64,000 nt of DNA from the NCBI RefSeq assembly GCF_009914755.1, contig NC_060947.1. One strand, written 5' to 3'. This document shows positions 54,540 through 64,000 of this stretch, piece after piece. The notes below the pieces were generated by a model. The model worked only from the letters and a program-made list of their open reading frames with translations. It had not been told where the DNA came from and did not search any database. This stretch comes from the human T2T-CHM13v2.0 reference genome, Homo sapiens. Position 1 is the first letter of the stretch, and every line of letters starts with the position of its first letter. Both the position numbers and the translations under genes were made by a program.

Positions 54540-54804
54540 ATTAAGTGGTTGTTTTTGATAACTTTGTCTGGTTTTATCATTGCCATTTAGAGAAAGGATT
54601 TTCTGAGCCCCTTCCTCAGACCTCCTGGAAGCCCTGCCAAATTTCGGCTTTTTAAATCAATAAGATAGTCTAAAAGCCATAGAGTTTTGGGACATTTTGT
54701 TGTTTTGGTGCAGTTGATATTTAAATATTACTAAATTCTTTAGGACTTCTTTTTAAGGCTGCGTAAATTGGCCGTAGAATTCTTTTTAGAATTCATTTAA
54801 GTAA

Positions 54805-55030
54805 TAATAATAACTGTTACTGCCACATAATAAAGGTTTACTATGTGCCAGGCACGTAGCATACCTTATCCCATTCAATAGTAAAAACCTTTCTGTAATG
54901 TATTATTATTTTCATTTTGTAGATGAAGAAACCGAGACTTTGACTAAGAGCTCACGATTAATAACCCTGGAAGTGGGATTTGAACCCAGAAATATCAGAC
55001 TCCAAAGCCTTTCCTTTCCATACACTGTAG
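54805..55030 (-). mobile_element. MIR
   Basis: CATTTTGTAGATGAAGAAACCGAG...GGGATTTGAACCCAG. Confidence 0.85.
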
Positions 55031-55285
55031 GACAGAACTGAGCATTACCAGACATGTTTCTTCCCAAGACATTGCTGCAGGTTTCTAGATAAACCTTGGA
55101 CAAGAAACAGCTTTAGATCACTAATAGGATTGGCAGTTATCTACTTGGTGTGACATTAGAGGATGAAAAAAATGCCATGTAACCTAAAATAACTTAATTT
55201 CTAGTGCCTGGAATTTCTTCTATTTATTTGCCAGTTTGTTTATGAATGATTTATGTCCTGCCTAATTCAGAAGACTTGAAGTGAC

Positions 55286-55458
55286 TTAGAAAAGTCATTA
55301 AATCCAGTGATTTTAAATATTTGGGAGTTCATACATATTTGAAGATCAGATAAATTCTCTCCCAGAAAAATGAAAAACATATATGCACACAATTTTGGAT
55401 AACATTTTTAGGAGTTCATGGGCTCCAAAAGTTATTACCCCCAGATTGGGAACTCCTG
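55286..55458 (-). mobile_element. hAT-Charlie MITE (MER103C-like)
   Basis: CAGTG...CCTG termini; CTCTCCCAGAAAAATG...CACACAATTTTG core. Confidence 0.65.
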
Positions 55459-56309
55459 ATTTAATAATGGAGATGAAGCCTAGAACAACTGCTTGTTCAT
55501 AAAACACCTTTGTCAAAATTAGAAGAAGGTAGCTAACTCAGTCAAATACCCTTGTTCAGTAAAGAACCTGCACAGCTGTACATGGTGGCCCTGACAAAGA
55601 TGGTGAACTTGCTAATGAAGATGTTATGCTTCCTTCGTTTTGTGTCTCTAGGTCTCAGCACAATACCTGGTACACAATAGGTGTCCAACTATGTTTGATT
55701 CATGAATAAGTGATTGCTAAAACATTTAATTTCAAAGTAAGCTATGACTAAAAATGCAAATGACCTGAGAAAGGTAATATTAAGGGCTAAAACTTCTCTT
55801 GAGTAAGGGTTAAATCCCTTATGTCAGTTCCTTTGATTGAGTGTGGGAAGTTCACAATGTGGAATTTGGGGATTTCAAAACTAAATATTTTACCAAGTCC
55901 TGAGCCAGGCAGAACTTCAGCTTTCCAGTACCTTTCTGAAGAAACTGGTTAATGAAGAGTGAAAAAATAACACACTTGCAGATTGCCAAATGATAAGTAG
56001 GCCTCCACAGCTAAAAACAACACACCCTCAGCAGTGCTAGAACACCTTAGTATTTTCCATAGCTCTACAAGTTCATTTTGCTTCCATGGAAACTACTGAT
56101 TTACATTGACTCATAAAGAGCTTCTACAGGCAAATACTTGGAGAAAGTCAAATGCAGGCATATGAGTTCCATGTATTCCGAGGTCTCAAATCTTTCTGTC
56201 CATGGAAAGCTGTCAGGAGCAGCCAGTACACCTTCTGGGCCTCAGTTTACTCAACAGTCTTGTGGGCATTGCTGAAAATATCATATTGAACCCCCAAACT
56301 TCTGATTCC

Positions 56310-56530
56310 TACAATTCAATTCAACAAACATTTATTGAGGGGCTACTATGTGCCAGGCATGGTCCTAGGCAGTCAATGCAGTATTGACCCCAAGGAAATC
56401 AACATTTGTCTGTTATGAAATTTTTTATTACACTAGGAGACCAGACTCTCTTATTCACTAGTTTATTCCTGACATCTAGTATGAGGCCTGTTGCAGAGTA
56501 GATACCTAATAAATGCTTGTTGAATAAAAT
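56310..56530. mobile_element. Two L2 3'-end fragments in opposite orientations
   Basis: CAACAAACATTTATTGAG...GTGCCAGGC (minus); AATAAATGCTTGTTGAAT (plus). Confidence 0.7.
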
Positions 56531-56805
56531 AATAATTAAAGCAACTTAAATAAGTTTAAATAGTTTCTGAGGGCAAGATTATTTTCTAAGGATAAAGAAC
56601 CACCACTCTGTAGAAAAGGGTGTATGATAGGAGGTGGGGGTTAAAGCAGAACTGTCTCCCTCTAAGGTAGGGGAATTAGGGCAATTAGACCTTAAGCCTT
56701 CCTTCCCCAAAACATATCTTAATGCTGTGTCTCTAACATGTTAGTTTTCTATTCAATCAGCTGTTTTCTGCTGATAGGACTTACTAAGCTTAAGAAAAAA
56801 GAAAC

Positions 56806-57020
56806 AAATATATATACATTAATATACACATATATTACACATATATGTGTATATATACACACATATATACACATATGTGTATATATGCACACATATATTT
56901 TTATACATTTTATATAGATACATACATATATATTATATTATACATATATGTATATTAGATATACACACATATATATTTTTATATATTATACACACACACA
57001 TATATATATATTATATATAT
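56806..57020. repeat. Degenerate (TA)/(CA) low-complexity tract
   Basis: Read directly. Confidence 0.9.
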
Positions 57021-57064
57021 TTAAAAGAAGCCTACACTTTTTTCCCCTCTAGGGAAGGAAAGAA

Positions 57065-57633
57065 TAGTGGACAGACTCTAAGATGGCTCTCAATGATCCC
57101 AATACCTCCTGGTATTTATGCCCTTGCAAAATCCTCTGCCCTTGAGTATAGGTGGAACCTACTCCTAACAAATAGAATATAGTAAAGGTAATAGGATATC
57201 ACTTCTGTGGTTACATTGCAGAAGATTGTAACTTCTGTATTGCTAACTGGCTCTCTGCCTTGCTTGCTTTGATAAAACAACTGCCATGCTATAATATTCC
57301 CAATGAAGAGGACCAGGTGGCAAAGAACTAAAGATGGCCTTCTACAAACAGCCAGCAAAAAAACTGAGAAATTTTGTCCATCAGCCCTTGAGGAAATGAA
57401 TCCTGCCAACAACCACATGGGTTTAGAAGTAGGTCCTTCTCCATTCAAGCCTCCAGATGAGGCCCCAACCCTGGCTGACACCATGATAGCAGCCGCATGA
57501 GAGAATGAAGTGGACAACCCAACTAAGTCATGCTCAGATTCCTGACACACAGAAACTAAAAGGAAATAAATGTGCATTCTTTTAAGCTGATAAGTTTGCG
57601 GAAATTGTAATGCAGCAACAGATAATTAATACA
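57065..57633 (+). mobile_element. MLT1E/F-like LTR
   Basis: AGACTCTAAGATGGCTC...GCAGCAACAGATAATTAATACA. Confidence 0.85.
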
Positions 57634-59153
57634 AATGGGGAGCTCATTCTTTTGCATTTTTCTTTTGTCAAATAACCTTTGCAGCTTTATATTCCATCTG
57701 TCAATTTAGTTCTGGATTTAATAGCAAGAGAACACTGGCCAAAGTGGTGGGTAAATTTCAAGGCTAATAATAGACATTGCCAGAGCTTCTAGAACCTCAG
57801 TAAAGGAATAGAAATGTGTAGTCACTAAAGAAAACCAAAAGGAGGAATAATAAAATTTTTCTTTATAGGTCATGAAAGTAATCCTGTGAAGATTCCATTT
57901 CTGGCCAACATGGAGTAATGCAGCATGGATTTAACCTGCATGCTGAAACAACTAAAACACAGACAAGTTACATGAAATAGCAGTTTGCAAGACACTGTAC
58001 ATCAGAAAATGAAGGACAGTGATCCATTAGAGAAAGAAAACAAAGGAGATGAGCTCTATAATTTCTCCATCTTACAGCCTTGAGAGGTTTTCCAGGCCAC
58101 GCTTCAGGAAGGGTAAATGCAGACAGACCCCAGTGATTTTCTGAATCAAAGAGACAAATCTGAGAGTTCGGGAAGACCAAGGCAGCAAGAGTTCTCATAA
58201 AAGAGTACCAGAGAGGAGAGAGCTGCATATGAAGAGAATTTCAGGGATCTGCAGAGTCCTCCTGCATATTCAAATGAGTAATGATCAGTGCCTCTGTGTG
58301 AGGAAACTACCTGAGGCCAGAGGAAGAGCCACCCGAAAGGATTATAGACGATAGTGCCAGCTCTTCACATAGGGCACTAAACAGTGCCTGATCCCACCAT
58401 CCAGAATGAAAAGCCTCAAAATTCACAGGAAGTTGGCTTAAGTACTCAGAAGGGTCTTGCATTAGTAGTGGTGAATGATTAGCCCTAGAATAAACACTTC
58501 TTTGGATCCAACTATCAAATCTTAATAGCAAGACTCAAAATATCACGCAGTTTCTAAGTAACTTAACTGTAAATGTGAAAAAAATGTCCAGAATAATTTT
58601 AGGCTACAAAAGTATCTGGCACTCAAAGAGGTACAGATCAAATATAAAATTTCCAGGAATAATCAGGAAAATATGACCCAAAATGAGCGGAAAAATTGCT
58701 CTATCAAAACTGACACAGAACAGATATAGTGTTTAGAATAGTAATAGTAAAAAATATTAGAAAAGTTTTAAAACTGTATTCCACATATTAAAAAAAAAAG
58801 TAGATACATAAAAGATATTTACAGGGGCCCAAATAAAATTTTTAGAGATACAATTGAAATGAATGAGATAAAAAAAAATACACCGATAGGATTAATGCCA
58901 GATTAGGCATTGCAGAAGAAAAAAATTAGCAAACTTGAAAACATAGCAATAAAAATTATCCAAACTGCAATACAGAAAGAAAAACTGAAAATAAAAAAAG
59001 AACTAAAGGAAAAAAAAAACAGAGCATCATTTAGCTCTGACTACAAGCAACCTAATGTATGTGCAATTAGAGTTTCTGAAATGGGAATAGGGAGAGTGGG
59101 GAGGCAGAGAAACACATCTGAAGAAATGATGGCCAAAATTTTTCCAAATTTCA

Positions 59154-59687
<534 letters not shown>

Positions 59688-60382
59688 CTACTAAAAAAAA
59701 CTGTGAACTTAGAAATCCATACCCAGTGAAAATGTCTTTCAAAAACAGAGGAAAGCTAAAGACTCTTTCAGACATACAAAAGACAAAATAATTCATCACC
59801 AGCAAACACACTACAAGAAATATTAAAGGATAACCTTCAGACAGAAGGAAACTGGTACCAGATGGAAATATAAGTCTATACCCCCCAAAAGGCAAATACA
59901 TGGGTAAATATGTAAGTTTTTTCTTATTATTTAAATCTCTTTGAAATATCATTAAATAATATAATTTAAATAATAATGTTGGTGGGATTTGCAACATATA
60001 TGAAATAAAGCTATGACAATTGCACAGAAGTTGGGAGGGGAGAAACAGAAACATAACGTTGTAAAGTTCTTATATTCTACAAGTGGTACAATATCACTAA
60101 AAGGTAGAGTGTGATAAGTTAAAGATGCATACTATTACTCCAAAGCAACCACTGAAATAACAAAAATGTTATGTCTATTAAGTTATCAGAGAAAATAGAG
60201 TAATAAAAATGCTTAAGTCATTCAAAAGAAGGCATAAAATTTTAAAAAAGGGAACTGGGGGAGATGAAACATATGAGGGGAGAAGGCAGGTTGGTAAACT
60301 TTAAACCAACAATATTAATCACACTAAATGTTAAAAGTGTGAAACATCTTAATTTAAAAATAGAGATGTCAGATTAACTTTA

Positions 60383-60679
<297 letters not shown>

Positions 60680-60915
60680 TCAACTATATTCTGCCTATAA
60701 GAAATGAACTTTAAATATGAAGACACAAATAATAAAAGAACCAAAAATATATACTATCCTAATACTAATCAAGAGAAAGTTGGAGTGGCTATATTAATAT
60801 CAAAGTAGATTTCAGAGCAAAGAATATTACCAGGGATAAAAAAGATCATTCCATAATGATAAAATGCTAAATATGCATCTATTAATAAAGTATCAAAACA
60901 CATAAAGAAAAAACT

Positions 60916-61450
60916 TTATGGCAGAATGACTTATATTCCTTTGGGTATATACCCAGTAAATCATTACACCATAAAGACATATGCACACAAATGCTCATTG
61001 CAGCATTATTCACAATAACAAAGACATGGAATCAATATAAATGCTCATCAATGACAAATTGAATAAAGACAATGTGGTACATATACACCATGGAATACTA
61101 TGCAGCCATGAAAAAAGAATGAGATCATGTCTTTTGTAGGAACATGGATGGAGCTGGAAGCTATTATTCTTAGCAAACTAACACAAGAACAGAAAACCAA
61201 ATACCACATGTTCTCACTTATAAGTGGGAGCTAAGTGATAAGAACTTAGGAACACAAAGAGGGAAACAGCATACACTGGGGTCTACTTGATGGGGTAGGG
61301 TGGGAGGAGGGAGAGGAGCAGAAAAGATAACTATTGGGTACTGGGCTTAATACCTGGGTGATGAAATAATATGTACAACAAAACCTCACGACACGTGTTT
61401 ACCTATGTAACAAATCTTCACATGTACCCCCAAACCTAAAATAAAAGTTA
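60916..61450 (+). mobile_element. L1PA (about L1PA11-13) 3' fragment with a short 5' inversion
   Basis: Antisense ~44 bp then sense 3' UTR; TSD AAAGAAAAAACT (60904-60915, 61451-61462). Confidence 0.88.
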
Positions 61451-61872
61451 AAAGAAAAAACTGACAGCACCGCAAAGAGAAATAGCCAAGTCAACAAGTC
61501 TGATATTTCAAAACCCCTCTCAATAACTGATAGAGGTAGTAGACAGAAAATTAGCAAGGATATAGTATACTTAATCAATAATATCAAGCAACTTGACAAA
61601 ATTAACATTTATAGAACACCCCACCCAATAATAGCAAAATCACATTCTTTTCAAGTATACATGAAATATTTGCCAAAATAAGCTGTATTTGGAGACACAG
61701 GTCATAATAAACTTAGAATTCAAGTCATACAACATATGTTCTCTGACCACAATGAAATTACATTAGAAATCAATAACAGAATAATATCTGGAAAATCCCC
61801 AAATATTTGGGATCCAAATAATGGACTTCTAAATAATCTGTGAGTCAAAGATTAAATCTAAAGTGAAATTAG

Positions 61873-62221
<349 letters not shown>

Positions 62222-62867
62222 TAAAATAAAGAGACAGCATATCAAAATTGTGGGATACTGCTTAAGCAATACTTTAAGGAAATTCTACAGCATTGAATCC
62301 TATATTTGAAAAAGAATAGTCTCAAATCAATGACCTCAGCTTCTACCCAAAGAAACTAAAAGCCAACAGGAAATTAAACCTAAAGTATAAGAAAGGAAAT
62401 AAACCAATAAAAACAAAAGCTTCTTATCTGAGAAGATCCATAAAATTCATAAACCTCTAGCCAAAGTGATCAAGAAAAAAGATAAATGACCAATATCGCA
62501 AATAAGAAAGTGGACATTACTACAGATCTTTTCAATTTAAAAGCATAATAAGAGAATATTATAAATAATAAATTCAACATCTTAGATGAAATGGACAAAT
62601 TACTTGAAAGACACAAAATTTAAAGTTCACCTAAGAAGAAATAGATAATCCGAGCAACCCTGTCTATTTTTTAATTGAATTTGTTGTTAAAATCTTTCCA
62701 CAAAGAAAACTGCAGACTCAAAGATTTCACTCTTGAATTCTGCCAAAATAAGGAAAAAAATAATACCAATCCTACACAATCTCTCGCAAAAACTTGAAGA
62801 GGAGGGAATACTCTCTGACTCATTCTATGAGGCTGAAATTACTGTGACAACAAACTGGACAAAGATA

Positions 62868-63280
62868 TTATTATGGGTTGAATTGAGCACCCCCTCCCCA
62901 AATTCATATATTGAAGTTCCAACTCCTAGCACCTTAGAATGTGACCTTATTTGGAGACAGGGTCTTTACCGAGGTAATAACATTAAACTGAGGTCATAAG
63001 AGTGGACCCTAATCCAATATGACTGGTGTCCTTATAAAAAGGGGAAATTTGCACACAGACTCATACAGAGAAAAGACAATGTAAATTCAAAGAAAAAAGA
63101 TGGCCAAGAAAAGAGACCTGGAACAGATCTTTCCCTCACAGTCCTCAGGAGGAACCAAGCCTGCCAACACCTTGATTTCAGATTTCTAAACTCCAGAACT
63201 GTGAAATAATTTATGTTCTTTAAGCCACCTAGTTTGTGGTACTTTGTTATGGCAGCCTAGCAAACTAAGACCAATAATAC
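62868..63280 (+). mobile_element. MLT1A/B solo LTR
   Basis: TATGGGTTGAATTG...TTTAAGCCACCTAGTTTGTGGTACTTTGTTATGGCAGCC. Confidence 0.88.
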
Positions 63281-63399
63281 TAGAAAACTATAGACAAATC
63301 TCCCTCAGAAACATAGATGCAAAAATTCTATACAAAATTTTTGCAATTCAAATCCAACAATTCATCCAGTAATATATCAAAAAGATATATTGTCATAAT

Positions 63400-64000
63400 G
63401 TATGTAATATAGTTGCTGCCTTTTCATCCATTTTTAGGCCTAACTTAAGTTATCTGAAACCCAGTCGTACCCTGTTACCTTTGGCCTAGTTAAAACTTCC
63501 CTCCCTGTATACTTGCTTGCTATATAGCCCACTTGTTTCTCATTCCACAGACCCAAACCCAACACATCCCACAGCTGCTGACCACGATACAACCTAATTG
63601 TCAACAACAGAGTCGGGTAAATAAGTCCTCCCCCTTGCATGTGTTTTCTTTAAACTAGCCAATCTACAACCCCCATAGGAAAGGCCAAGGGATAACACCC
63701 ATTGACCTTAATAAAGCATAGTCCCGCAGGTCCTCTCTCTTTTCTCCCCCACCCCCATTTATCTATCTTTCTCTCTCTAAGACTTTCCATCAGCCCTCGA
63801 GGTCACTCCTCTTCTCTCATAGATCTTTGAGTAAGGAAATGCTTCTGTTATTTGATGTGTTTTGTTGAGTTGCCTTCTCTGTGTCTCACCTGAATGACAC
63901 ACCTGAACCTAACTCTCCTCCCTGTCAGGGCTACCCTAGAAAGTGGCTATCTTGGTAGGAATAAACAGGACACAGGTCAGACAAGAGCCACAAGGGTGCC
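63400..64000 (+). mobile_element. ERV1 MER4-group LTR (MER67/LTR24-like), running off the window end
   Basis: CCAAT at ~63659, AATAAA at ~63710, GACACAGGTCAGACAAGAGCCACAAGGG. Confidence 0.65.

Noticed and set aside
56847-57182. Tyr/Ile/His-rich ORF
   Set aside because: Translation of a TA/CA low-complexity tract.

Overview
This is primate (human-like) genomic DNA that is mostly transposable-element debris: Alu, L1, L2, MIR, MaLR (THE1/MST/MLT1), ERVL, ERV1 and hAT MITEs. I see no CpG island, no supportable host protein-coding exon, no RNA gene and no CRISPR array; the longer or recognisable ORFs in the track are pieces of ERV, L1 or Alu, or of simple repeats. I found no evidence of a new biological system. 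The most informative structures are: (1) a ~1.04-kb non-repeat, poly(A)-tailed insertion with a 12-bp TSD sitting inside ORF1 of a near full-length L1PB, i.e. an unidentified retrocopy or orphan transduction; (2) an L1-mobilised HERV-W (HERV17) processed pseudogene with a 16-bp TSD, no U5, RT deleted, an uninterrupted integrase core ORF and a doubly deleted syncytin-1-like mini-env; (3) a complete two-LTR THE1 element; (4) two twin-primed (5'-inverted) L1 insertions; (5) an ancient LTR33-ERVL provirus remnant with its PBS. Repeat subfamily names come from my recollection of consensus sequences, not from a database search, and the boundaries of old repeats are approximate.
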